From positions 1 to 61,709 of the forward strand of contig JACQJP010000032.1 in NCBI GenBank assembly GCA_016204975.1: a stretch of DNA of 61,709 nucleotides. Reading direction: 5' to 3'. This document shows positions 27,229 through 36,015 of this stretch, one piece after another (positions within the stretch are counted from its first letter, which is position 1; the number at the start of each line of letters is the position of its first letter). A program made the translations under genes and the position numbers. The stretch is from Elusimicrobiota bacterium (GTDB taxonomy: Bacteria; Elusimicrobiota; Elusimicrobia; JACQJP01). The notes under the pieces were generated by a model. It searched no databases and was not told the origin of the DNA. It worked only from the letters and a program-made list of their open reading frames with translations.

Positions 27229-27969
27229 CTACCATCTTCCGCTGGCTCCTCCGCCTCCCGAAAGCCCTCCGCCGAAGCCTCCAAAGCCGCCTCCCATCCC
27301 AAATCCCCCTCCCCCCCGCACGCCTCTGGGAGCCATCAGAAACAGAAAGAGAAAGGGATTTCGGAGAAAGAATGGGAAGAGAATAAGAAGGAGTAGTAGT
27401 AGCCACCACCCTCCGCCGGAGTCCCGGTGCGGTGAGGAAGAGACTAGGGAAGAGAAGGCCTGGGGCGCAGAAAGGGAGACCCCGGCGCTTTGGGCGACGA
27501 TTTGAGCGATGGAGAAGGCCCCTTGGAGTATCCCCCCGGCATAATCTTGCTGCTGAAAGCGGGGGATCATTTTCTCACGCAGGATCCGGCCTGCCAGGCC
27601 GTCCGGCAGGATGGGTTCTAAGCCGTAGCCTACCTCGATCCTGGCGGCTCGCTCCTGAATGGATACAAGAATCAAGGCCCCGTTATCCTTTCCTTTGGCG
27701 CCGATCCCCCAGCGCTCATAGAGCAGGGTGGCGAAATCCTCCAGATTCTCCCCCTCCAGGCTGGGCAGGGTGACCACGGCGATCTCTGCGCCTGTTTTGA
27801 TCTGGACCTCCCTTAAAAATTGCCGGAGTTGATTTCTGTGGGCTGTTTCCAAGACCTCGGCCAGGTCATTCACCCATCCCTGGGGAGGGGGGAGTTGTTC
27901 GGGAGCCAGAGCCGGGGCCGGCGCAGAGAGAAAGAATGCGGCGGAAAACAATAACAGTTTTTTCCTCAC
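27229..27969 (-). CDS. TPM-domain (YgcG-like) membrane protein
   Basis: Signal peptide. WVNDLAEVL..IAVVTLPSLEG..WGIGAKGKDNGALILVSIQERAARIEVGYGLE TPM signature. C-terminal TM helix and Gly-rich tail. Confidence 0.88.
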   Translation of the reverse strand: MRKKLLLFSAAFFLSAPAPALAPEQLPPPQGWVNDLAEVLETAHRNQLRQFLREVQIKTGAEIAVVTLPSLEGENLEDFATLLYERWGIGAKGKDNGALILVSIQERAARIEVGYGLEPILPDGLAGRILREKMIPRFQQQDYAGGILQGAFSIAQIVAQSAGVSLSAPQAFSSLVSSSPHRDSGGGWWLLLLLLILFPFFLRNPFLFLFLMAPRGVRGGGGFGMGGGFGGFGGGLSGGGGASGRW

Positions 27970-28032
27970 GGGCCTCTCATTGTAGCCAATTCCTTCTTCG
28001 GTTGGAAATGATACAATGCGGCTTGTCTAACC

Positions 28033-29121
28033 ATGCCGCGCAGAGTCCGATGGGTGGTGGGGATGTTTTTGCTCCTGGGGCCGCCGGAGCTGGGCTGGAC
28101 CCAGGATGTGGGGGAGTCCCTGCGGTTTCAACAGCGGGTCCCACAGGCCGGGCCCCAAGGGCGTGTGGAGCCGGCACTCCCCGACCGTAGTCGGGTCCCA
28201 CAGGCCGGGGCCCCTCCGGGGACGGTGGTGTTCGAGACGGTGGCCAGCGACCCTCCAGTCGCTGCCTTTAACGCCCTTTTGTTTCACGGAATCCTCACCA
28301 CCGACCGGATTGAATTTCAGGCCTCGATCCAAACAGAGGATGGAACTTGGAGCCCGTGGAAAAAAGCCTATCTGAAGCGCCACCCCAACGGCCGTTTTTG
28401 GGCCCGGGTCCGCTGGAAACAGATGCACCAGGCTCCGGTCAAGCTCCGGGCGGTCAGTCTGGGCATCTCCGGCGAGTGGACCCTGCAGGTGTTGGATGTA
28501 GAGGTTTTCTTACATGAAGAAGGAGATTCTTCGGGTTCCGGGCTTTTGCCCTCATTGCAATCCCTGCCCCCTTCCTGGATCCTCCGGGATCGGTGGGGGG
28601 CGTATCCTCCCCGCGAGCCCTATGAGCCTCACGTGCCGGATCGGATCACGCTGCACCATACCGCGGGACTTCAGACCTTTGCCTTGGAAGATTCCCTGGC
28701 GGAGGTGCGCTGGATCCAGGATTTCCACCAAAACGGCAGGGGCTGGAACGACATCGGCTACCACTTTTTGGTGGATGGGGAGGGAAGGGTTTTTCAGGGA
28801 AGGCCGGTTCAGGCGGTGGGAGCCCACGTCAAGGACGGCAATGCCGGAAACGTGGGGATTGCGCTGTTGGGATATTTTCACGCTCCGGTTTCGGATCAAC
28901 CCAGCGAGCTTCAGCTTCAGGGATTTATCCAGGCTGGGCGTTGGGTGGTGCGGAGTTTTGGGGCAGGCTCGGAGACTTTGCGGGGACACAGGGACTACAA
29001 CCCCACGGCCTGCCCGGGCGATTTTCTCTACCCCCGCCTGGAATTTTTGAGGGAGCAGCTTCATTGGGATCTTATTCCCAGTTTTGACCCCACCGCTTTT
29101 TCCTTTCTCTTGCCTAAATAA
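28033..29121 (+). CDS. N-acetylmuramoyl-L-alanine amidase (Amidase_2 / PGRP fold)
   Basis: ITLHHTAG..WNDIGYHFLVDGEGRVFQGR..GAHV..GNVGIALLG..LRGHRDYNPTACPG. A sense Family-1 repeat sits after the signal peptide (RVPQAGPQGRVEPALPDRSRVPQAG). Confidence 0.88.
   Translation: MPRRVRWVVGMFLLLGPPELGWTQDVGESLRFQQRVPQAGPQGRVEPALPDRSRVPQAGAPPGTVVFETVASDPPVAAFNALLFHGILTTDRIEFQASIQTEDGTWSPWKKAYLKRHPNGRFWARVRWKQMHQAPVKLRAVSLGISGEWTLQVLDVEVFLHEEGDSSGSGLLPSLQSLPPSWILRDRWGAYPPREPYEPHVPDRITLHHTAGLQTFALEDSLAEVRWIQDFHQNGRGWNDIGYHFLVDGEGRVFQGRPVQAVGAHVKDGNAGNVGIALLGYFHAPVSDQPSELQLQGFIQAGRWVVRSFGAGSETLRGHRDYNPTACPGDFLYPRLEFLREQLHWDLIPSFDPTAFSFLLPK
28136..28208 (+). repeat. Family-1 mini-element, copy B (sense inside Amidase_2 CDS)
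   Basis: A 16-nt direct repeat gggtcccacaggccgg at 28136 and 28193 (57 nt apart) brackets the conserved core. Confidence 0.92.
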
Positions 29122-29122
29122 C

Positions 29123-29509
29123 CTACTTTTGGGTGGGTTCGGATTCCGGAAGGAGCTTGTGGATTTTTCCCATCAGACGCTGCGTCTGAATGGGTTTGGT
29201 AAGGTAGTCGGTTGCCCCCGCCGCGAAAGCCTTCTCGACGCTGCCCATTTTCTCCAGGGAGGTAAGCACCAGAATGGGGATCTTGGAGGTGAGCTGGTTT
29301 TGCTTGAGCATCTGGCAGACCTGAAAGCCGTCTAGCCTTGGCAGCAGCAGATCCAGGAGGATGAGATCGGGGGGATTTTGTTTGGCGGTTAAGACGGCGG
29401 TTTTTCCGTCCCGTGCCACCTCCGTCTGGAACCCCTTGATCTCCAGAATGGACTGCAGGGTCTCGGCGGTGTGCGGTTCGTCCTCCACGATCAGGATCTT
29501 TAGTTTCAT
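29123..29509 (-). CDS. Stand-alone response-regulator receiver (CheY-like)
   Basis: 128 aa. ILIVEDE..DLILLDLLLP..D(G)..PILVLTS..DYLTKP. No output domain. Confidence 0.9.
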   Translation of the reverse strand: MKLKILIVEDEPHTAETLQSILEIKGFQTEVARDGKTAVLTAKQNPPDLILLDLLLPRLDGFQVCQMLKQNQLTSKIPILVLTSLEKMGSVEKAFAAGATDYLTKPIQTQRLMGKIHKLLPESEPTQK

Positions 29510-29530
29510 ACGGAGTTCCTACTGAAAGAA

Positions 29531-29593
29531 GGCCTGTGGGACCCGACTACGGTCGGGGAGTGCCGGCTCAACACGCCTTTGGGGCCCGGCCTG
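29531..29593 (-). repeat. Family-1 mini-element, copy C (intergenic, 21 nt upstream of receiver gene 29123..29509, sense to it)
   Basis: The reverse complement matches the consensus. GGCCTG repeats at 29531 and 29588 are 57 nt apart. Confidence 0.92.
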
Positions 29594-29717
29594 ATGCCTC
29601 GGCTTCCAGAGTCTAGAATAGCCGATTTGAAATCCTACAATCAAGCTGGTGCCGGTTTCTTGCACCACCCGACCTTAGCGGGCCCCGTGTCTCCGAGGCG
29701 GATAAAGTCTCACGCCA

Positions 29718-30446
29718 TCACAGGGATTGAATTCCACCCCAGAGGATCTTTACAGCCATCAGAAAAAGAAACCCCAGGATGAATTGCCGGAATCGTTTCA
29801 CCGGGAGCCTTTGCAGCACTTGCTTTCCGACACGTGCTCCCAGAAAGGATGCCAGGGCGAGGCCTGCACAAAGGGGAATGTCTTGCGAGCGCGTAAAGTG
29901 CTGGCCGGTATAGGCGGCAATGCGCGTCAAGTCGATGATGAGGGCGATCAGGGCGGAGGTCGCGACGAAGCTTTCCTTTTCCAGAGGAAAGTTGAGCAGG
30001 AAAGCGGCGCGGATGGCGCCTCCCGTTCCAATCAAGCCCGTGACAAATCCCGTGAATATCCCTCCCCAGGCAATCGTTTTAGGGGTGGCCGCCAGTTGCA
30101 ACTTGAAGGAAAAAAAGGAGGAGAGAACATACAAGAGGAGAAAAGCTCCGAAAAGAATCTGGACCCAAACGGCCTGGAGAGTTCCGGTCAGCAGGGCCCC
30201 TCCCGCAGTGAAAAGGAGGGCCCAGGCGGCAAAGGGAACGGCGATCTTCCAATGCACATGCCCCCGGAGCCAAAAGATCCGGGAGGCGTTTCCGGCGGCA
30301 TGGTAGATGGCCACAAGCGCTATCGCCCGCTTGACCTCCATCCAGGGAATGGCGATGGCGGTCAAGATCGTGGCCGAGCCGAAGCCCGCCGTGGTTCCGA
30401 TGACATCTCCCAAAAAAGCCAGTAGGAGAAAAAGCGATAGATTCAT
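29718..30446 (-). CDS. TauE/SafE (TSUP) family anion exporter
   Basis: 242-aa, about 8-TM protein with duplicated G-rich TSUP motifs (GTTAGFGSA.., GLIGTGGAI..). Confidence 0.8.
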   Translation of the reverse strand: MNLSLFLLLAFLGDVIGTTAGFGSATILTAIAIPWMEVKRAIALVAIYHAAGNASRIFWLRGHVHWKIAVPFAAWALLFTAGGALLTGTLQAVWVQILFGAFLLLYVLSSFFSFKLQLAATPKTIAWGGIFTGFVTGLIGTGGAIRAAFLLNFPLEKESFVATSALIALIIDLTRIAAYTGQHFTRSQDIPLCAGLALASFLGARVGKQVLQRLPVKRFRQFILGFLFLMAVKILWGGIQSL

Positions 30447-30467
30447 TATTGCCGGACTTTTATAAAT

Positions 30468-31589
30468 CTATTGGTCCTTCAAGACCTTCCACATGATCTC
30501 GAAAAGTTCTGTGTTGTCCAGGGTGCCGTGGATCCGACGCGCTCCCTTTCCGATGGCGTAGGTGTGGATATCCACGCCGGTGTGGTCCGCGAACTCCTTT
30601 TTCACCGGGCTTTGGGGGCCGGTGGCGAAGCTGAGGTATGGCAGGAGGTCTTCGTCATGGGAAGGGTAGCCGTTAATGGCTAGCCCTCCGGTTTCGTGAT
30701 CGGCGGTGACCAAAAGAAGGGTCTCTTTAAGGCGGGCCAGGCGAATGGCCGTCCGGACGGCGTGGTCCAGCTCCAGCGTTTCCGAGATGGCGTGCCGGGC
30801 CAGGTTTTCATGCTCGGCAAGGTCAATGCGCCCTCCCTCTACCATCAGGAAATACCCTTTTTCATTCTGACTCAGCTTCTGGAGGGCAAAAGAGGTCAAA
30901 TCTGAAAGGGTGGGTTGGCTGCGGTGGGAGACATCCCGATCGGCCATATAGGTCAGATGGTCCGGTTGGAACAGGCCCAAAAGGGGGCGCTCCGTTCGCA
31001 AGCCCTTCTGGAACAGCTCCTGCCGGGTGTAGACCACAGTGAATTTTTTGTTTGCCTGAAGGGCCTCGGAGTTGAATTTCTTGAGCCCTCCTCCCAAAAA
31101 TAGATCGAATGCGGACTCCAGGAGTTGCCGGGCGATCTCGTTTTCCTGTTCCCGATGGTGGACGTGGGCGTAGAAGGCGGCGGGCGTGGCATGGGTGATG
31201 CGGGTGGTCGTCACGATCCCAACGGCCTTGCCCATCTCCCGGGCGATCTCCGCGATGGTTTTTAGATTTTTTCCGTTCTTTTTTCCGGGAATGCTCGTCA
31301 CGTCCTGGCTGAGGGCGTTGTTTTTGGTTTTTTGACCGGTGGCGATCGCGGTGGCGCCTGCGGCAGAGTCGGTGACCCTATTGTCGGCGGAATAGGTTTT
31401 GGTGATAGCCACGTAGGGAAGGGAGTCGAGGATGAGGGAGCCTGCGGCCCCCTTGTGGTAAAGGCGGGTGGCGGTGAGGACCGCCGGTCCCATGCCGTCT
31501 CCAATGAACAAAATAACGTTTTTAGCAAGTAGCGGGGGCGGACCTCCGCTCAGCAGTAGAATGGTAAGCAACATCCATCGGGTGCTCAT
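30468..31589 (-). CDS. Alkaline phosphatase (PhoA family)
   Basis: Signal peptide. NVILFIGDGMG..VTDSAAGATA (active-site Ser context)..ADHETGG..HTG metal ligands. Confidence 0.88.
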   Translation of the reverse strand: MSTRWMLLTILLLSGGPPPLLAKNVILFIGDGMGPAVLTATRLYHKGAAGSLILDSLPYVAITKTYSADNRVTDSAAGATAIATGQKTKNNALSQDVTSIPGKKNGKNLKTIAEIAREMGKAVGIVTTTRITHATPAAFYAHVHHREQENEIARQLLESAFDLFLGGGLKKFNSEALQANKKFTVVYTRQELFQKGLRTERPLLGLFQPDHLTYMADRDVSHRSQPTLSDLTSFALQKLSQNEKGYFLMVEGGRIDLAEHENLARHAISETLELDHAVRTAIRLARLKETLLLVTADHETGGLAINGYPSHDEDLLPYLSFATGPQSPVKKEFADHTGVDIHTYAIGKGARRIHGTLDNTELFEIMWKVLKDQ

Positions 31590-31590
31590 C

Positions 31591-32253
31591 TTATGGGCCT
31601 CCTGGTGCTGTGTCTATGGAATTTTGAGATTGCCGCTGCATCTGCTTGGTTTTTTGCAATTCCCTCCGGGCGCTCTCTTCTTGGCCCAGCCGGAGGTAGG
31701 TCTCGTAGAGATACTCATGGGTGAGAGCGTTTTGAGGAGCTATCTCCGCGGATTTTTCCAGAAGTCTTCTGGATTTTTTCACATCCCCTCCCAAGAGCCT
31801 GGGGAGCTTAAAATAAAGCCTTCCCAGCACTCGGTAAGCTCCCCCCTCGGAGTAAGCGGGATCCAGCTCCAGGACTTTCTGCATCTCCTCTTCCAGAATG
31901 CGGACATACCGGAATCGGCTCAGAAAAGAGCTCGCCTCAGCCAGCCGCCCGCTGGCCAGTCCCCGCCAGTAGTGTGCCGCGGCGCTTTCGGGATTTTCCC
32001 GGACCCACCGGGTCGCCAGCTCAAAGGCCGGGTGATATTGCTTCTGACGGTAGTGCTCCTGAACTCGTGCCGGCACGCTGGGGGCCTCTGGCCCCCCGGC
32101 CGGTACTTGTAGCACTGCGGAAAGTGCCGGCACGCCTGGCGCCTCGGCGGGGTCCCTGGCTAAGAAAGAGGGGCTCTGCTGTGCAACAGAATGGGAAGAG
32201 AAAATGAATAGCCAGATGAGCGAGGCAAATATCCCGGAGCCTTTCGAGTTCAA
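31591..32253 (-). CDS. Secreted TPR-like (TatT-like) protein
   Basis: Signal peptide. Helical-repeat C-terminus (..GGAYRVLGRLYFKLPRLLGGDVKKSRRLLEKS..). Stop is adjacent to the phosphatase start. A Family-2 repeat follows the signal peptide. Confidence 0.6.
   Translation of the reverse strand: MNSKGSGIFASLIWLFIFSSHSVAQQSPSFLARDPAEAPGVPALSAVLQVPAGGPEAPSVPARVQEHYRQKQYHPAFELATRWVRENPESAAAHYWRGLASGRLAEASSFLSRFRYVRILEEEMQKVLELDPAYSEGGAYRVLGRLYFKLPRLLGGDVKKSRRLLEKSAEIAPQNALTHEYLYETYLRLGQEESARRELQKTKQMQRQSQNSIDTAPGGP
32067..32141 (+). repeat. Family-2 mini-element, copy h (inside TatT-like CDS, which is on the minus strand)
   Basis: gtgccggcacgc at 32067 and 32124 (57 nt apart). Stem GGGGGCC tct GGCCCCC. 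Confidence 0.88.
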
Positions 32254-32365
32254 AGCATGGGCATTCTATAAAATTTTTAGGGCTTTCAAAAATTGGGCAA
32301 GAGACAGCTGAAGTGCCGTAAAAGAAAAATTTACAAGGGTTTTTAGAATTGGATAGAATGGGAGG

Positions 32366-32830
32366 GTGGGTGCTAGATTTCTCCTTCCTTGTCTGCTGGC
32401 GCTGTGGATCTGGGCGCCGGTCACCTCTGCCGATGAGGTCAGCGTTTTTTTTCTTCCATGGGTTTCCTCCTCCTTGGCGGCGGAGATTCAGTGGGAGAGA
32501 GTGGAGGTTTCCACCCGCGCCGCCCGGTTTCCGGGCATTCCGGTTTTTTCGGTGGAGATTTCTACGCCGGTGGAGCACCTGGAGCTTCGGATCTATGACG
32601 TCTCCCTGGCGCCGGTCTGGGCCCAGGACTTTCGGCATTCGACTCGCATTCGAGGAGGGAAGGGCCTCTATGAGTACGTCTGGAGGGAGTCCAGCGGAAC
32701 CCCGAAGGGGGTTTATTTTTATCTCCTGAGGGCTGCGAAAGAGGGGTATGAGACGGTGGAATACCTCAACCATTTCCGCTGGGAAGGAGCCGGCGCGCCG
32801 AGCTCCTCAGAGGGCAAGAAGACTCGATAG
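32366..32830 (+). CDS. Hypothetical secreted beta-rich protein
   Basis: GTG start and signal peptide ARFLLPCLLALWIWAPVTSA. C-terminal ..GKGLYEYVW..GVYFYLLRA.. resembles FlgD-Ig / T9SS-like beta-sandwich tails. Family not assigned. Confidence 0.5.
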   Translation: MGARFLLPCLLALWIWAPVTSADEVSVFFLPWVSSSLAAEIQWERVEVSTRAARFPGIPVFSVEISTPVEHLELRIYDVSLAPVWAQDFRHSTRIRGGKGLYEYVWRESSGTPKGVYFYLLRAAKEGYETVEYLNHFRWEGAGAPSSSEGKKTR

Positions 32831-32856
32831 AAAATTCCTTAAGGAGGACGGGGCTA

Positions 32857-33300
32857 ATGACTTTTCGCAGAAGAAAATACTGGATCCTGCCTGATTTTCA
32901 AGGCCGGATGATCCGGAGGTGGGTGGGATTGGTGTTTTTGGCGATTGTGTTTACCAATTTGGTGACGCTGGGTTTTGTATGGTACCAGGACCTTCAGACC
33001 CGGGGCTCTTTCTTTTATGTCTCACATGAGTTGGGAACCGATCCGATCATCGTGCCGCGTTGGGAGATCATCCTACCCTCCCTTTTGGTTGCCTTGGGAA
33101 TCGGTTTTCTCCTGACGGTCTTGGCGGGGATCTTTTACTCCCACCGCCTGGCGGGCCCCCTCTACCGGATTCACACAGCGCTTCAGGAGTTTGCGGCGGG
33201 GAAGTCTCCGGGCCCCATTCAACTCAGAAAGAACGATGAGCTCAAGGAACTGGCGGAGGATATCAACCGCCTTTTGATAGGCAAGGGAAAAATCCCTTAA
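32857..33300 (+). CDS. Two-TM membrane protein with HAMP-like linker
   Basis: Two TM helices followed by SHRLAGPLYRIHTALQEFAAGK..LRKNDELKELAEDINRLL (HAMP-like amphipathic helices). No output domain. Confidence 0.55.
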   Translation: MTFRRRKYWILPDFQGRMIRRWVGLVFLAIVFTNLVTLGFVWYQDLQTRGSFFYVSHELGTDPIIVPRWEIILPSLLVALGIGFLLTVLAGIFYSHRLAGPLYRIHTALQEFAAGKSPGPIQLRKNDELKELAEDINRLLIGKGKIP

Positions 33301-33315
33301 GCGAGGGCGCGACGG

Positions 33316-35997
33316 GTGAACAGTTTTTCCAGCCGCAGGGTTTTGAAGGTGGAGGGTGAGGGCTATGAGATCTGCAGCCTCCGGGCCTTGGAAGAAAGAA
33401 AAATCGGCCGGGTTTCATGCCTGCCCTTTTCGATCAAGATCCTCTTGGAAAATCTTCTGAGGCATGAGGACGGATTGCGGGTTCGCAAGGAGGATATTGA
33501 GTCTGTCGCCGCTTGGGACCCTCAACGGGTTTGGGACCTGGAGATCAGTTTTCAGCCGGCCCGGGTCCTGCTTCAGGATTTTACCGGTGTTCCGGTCGCG
33601 GTGGATCTGGCCGCCATGCGCGACCAGATGGCGGAGTGGGGAGGGGATCCCACCAGGGTCAATCCCGTTTGCCCGGTGGACCTGGTGATTGATCATTCGG
33701 TGCAGGTGGATGCCTATGGAAGCAGCCAGGCGTTGCGGATCAACTCCGCCAAAGAGTTTGAGCGCAACCGGGAGCGGTATCTTTTTTTGCGTTGGGGAGG
33801 AAAGGCTTTCAAAAATTTTCGGGTGGTTCCTCCCGCCACCGGCATCGTGCACCAGGTGAACCTCGAGTACCTGGCCTCGGTCGTTTTTTGCGGAGGATCT
33901 TCTTCCGGAGCAAGGTCGGCCTATCCGGATACCCTGGTGGGGACCGATTCCCACACCACGATGATCAACGGCTTGGGCGTCTTGGGATGGGGGGTCGGCG
34001 GCATTGAGGCGGAGGCGGCCTTGCTGGGGCAGCCCCTCTCCTTTTTGGTGCCGCAGGTGGTGGGGGTTCGGCTTTCCGGGGAGCTTCCGGAGGGCTCCAC
34101 CGCCACGGACCTGGTTTTGACCATCACCCAGATCTTGAGAAAGAAAGGAGTGGTGGGAAAGTTTGTGGAGTTTTTTGGTCCGGGGCTTTCCTCCTTGACG
34201 CTTCCGGATCGCGCCACCCTCTCCAATATGTGTCCGGAATACGGGGCAACGGTGGGTTTTTTCCCGGTGGATGCCGAAACCCTTTCCTATCTTCGGCTCA
34301 CGGGTCGGGAGGAAAAACATGTGAAGCTGGCAGAGGCCTATCTGAAGCACCAGGGGCTTTTCCGCACCTCTCAGACACCCGATCCGGACTACTCCGATAC
34401 CGTGGAGGTGGACTTAAGGACGGTCGGTCCCAGCCTGGCCGGTCCCAGAAGGCCCCAGGATCTGGTGCCTTTAGCTGAGGTGCGCAGTTCCTTCCAACAG
34501 GCCTTGTCTTCCTTCGCAGGGGTGGGGGGGGGGAGTTTGGCCAAAAAATACCCCGTAGAAACGGAGAAGGGGCAGTTTGAGATTGGGCACGGGACGGTGG
34601 TGATTGCGGCCATCACCAGCTGCACCAACACCTCCAACCCGGAGGTGATGCTGGAGGCCGGGCTTTTGGCTAAAAAGGCGGTGGAGCGCGGGCTCCGGGT
34701 CCCTCCCTGGGTCAAGACCAGCTTGGCTCCGGGGTCTAAGGTGGTGATGGATTATCTTGCAGACAGCGGGCTCCTGGTTTTTTTGGAGAAGCTGGGATTT
34801 TACCTGGTGGGATATGGCTGCACGACCTGCATCGGAAATTCCGGTCCTTTGGCGGAGCCCATCGAGAAGGCCATTCGGGAAAAAAATCTCGCTGTGGTGG
34901 CGGTGCTCTCCGGCAATCGTAATTTTGAGGGCCGGATCCATCCCGCGGTGAGCGCCAGCTACCTGGCCTCCCCTCCTTTGGCTGTGGCCTATGCCCTGGC
35001 CGGCCAGGTGGACCTGGATTTGACCCGGGAACCTTTGGGGAAGGACTCCTCCGGCCGGCCCGTCTATCTCAAAGAGATCTGGCCGGGCCGCCGGGAGGTT
35101 CGGGAGGCCATTCGGATGCATGTCCGGGCCCAGATGTTTCATCGACAGTATGCCACTGTTTTTGAGGGTAACGAGACCTGGAGCGCCTTGCCCACTCCGG
35201 AGGGCGGTCGCTACCGATGGGAGGCGGGGTCCACTTACGTTCGCCGCCCCTCTTTTTTGGAGAAGGTTCCTCGAACCCCTCCCCCTTCAGACAAGTTGCA
35301 AGGAGCTAGGGTCCTGGCCCTTTTGGGAGATTCGGTCACCACCGACCATATCTCCCCCGCAGGCAGCATCTCCCCGGAAAGCCCGGCGGGGCGCTACCTC
35401 ATCACCTGTGGCGTGGCTCCTCAGGAATTTAACTCCTATGGGTCCCGCCGAGGCAACCACGAGGTCATGGTGCGCGGGACATTTTCCAATCCGCGCTTGC
35501 GCAACCATTTGATTCCGGGAACCGAGGGAGGCTGGACCCGACACCTTCCGGATGGGGAAAGGATGACTCTCTATGATGCCGCGGTCCGGTACCGGAAAGA
35601 AAAGGTTCCTTTGGTGATCCTCGCTGGGAAGGAGTACGGTTCGGGATCTTCCCGGGACTGGGCGGCGAAGGGTCCCGCCCTTCTGGGGGTGCGGATCGTC
35701 TTGGCGGAGAGCTTTGAGCGCATCCATCGCTCGAACCTCATCGGCATGGGGATTCTACCCCTTGAGTTTCGATCCGGGGAAGGGGTGAAGTCCCTGGGAC
35801 TCACCGGGGAGGAGGTCTTTGATTTGGAGGAGCTCCCAAATAAGTTCGCTCCGGGGATGGTCCTCAGGGTTTTCTACCGGACGCCGAAAGATAAAAAGAC
35901 GTTCGAGGCGATCAGCCGCATTGATACCCCGCAGGAATGGGAATATTATGGGAGTGGCGGCATCCTGCCCTCTGTTTTGAGAAAGCTTCGGGGATAG
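33316..35997 (+). CDS. acnA: Aconitate hydratase A
   Basis: 893 aa. ..LLQDFTGVP..DLVIDHSVQVD..GTDSHTTM..ITSCTNTSNP..GCTTCIGNSG.. Fe-S ligand motifs and swivel domain. Confidence 0.95.
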   Translation: MNSFSSRRVLKVEGEGYEICSLRALEERKIGRVSCLPFSIKILLENLLRHEDGLRVRKEDIESVAAWDPQRVWDLEISFQPARVLLQDFTGVPVAVDLAAMRDQMAEWGGDPTRVNPVCPVDLVIDHSVQVDAYGSSQALRINSAKEFERNRERYLFLRWGGKAFKNFRVVPPATGIVHQVNLEYLASVVFCGGSSSGARSAYPDTLVGTDSHTTMINGLGVLGWGVGGIEAEAALLGQPLSFLVPQVVGVRLSGELPEGSTATDLVLTITQILRKKGVVGKFVEFFGPGLSSLTLPDRATLSNMCPEYGATVGFFPVDAETLSYLRLTGREEKHVKLAEAYLKHQGLFRTSQTPDPDYSDTVEVDLRTVGPSLAGPRRPQDLVPLAEVRSSFQQALSSFAGVGGGSLAKKYPVETEKGQFEIGHGTVVIAAITSCTNTSNPEVMLEAGLLAKKAVERGLRVPPWVKTSLAPGSKVVMDYLADSGLLVFLEKLGFYLVGYGCTTCIGNSGPLAEPIEKAIREKNLAVVAVLSGNRNFEGRIHPAVSASYLASPPLAVAYALAGQVDLDLTREPLGKDSSGRPVYLKEIWPGRREVREAIRMHVRAQMFHRQYATVFEGNETWSALPTPEGGRYRWEAGSTYVRRPSFLEKVPRTPPPSDKLQGARVLALLGDSVTTDHISPAGSISPESPAGRYLITCGVAPQEFNSYGSRRGNHEVMVRGTFSNPRLRNHLIPGTEGGWTRHLPDGERMTLYDAAVRYRKEKVPLVILAGKEYGSGSSRDWAAKGPALLGVRIVLAESFERIHRSNLIGMGILPLEFRSGEGVKSLGLTGEEVFDLEELPNKFAPGMVLRVFYRTPKDKKTFEAISRIDTPQEWEYYGSGGILPSVLRKLRG

Positions 35998-36006
35998 TGG
36001 TATAAT
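35977..36006 (+). promoter_or_regulatory. Candidate sigma70-type promoter for korAB
   Basis: TTGAGA (35977-82), 18-nt spacer, TGgTATAAT (extended -10, TATAAT at 36001-06). Lies only 10-16 nt upstream of the candidate start codons. Confidence 0.4.
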
Positions 36007-36015
36007 CCGGGATAG

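Noticed and set aside
33415-34350. 311-aa minus-strand ORF
   Set aside because: Antisense to aconitase. Shadow ORF.
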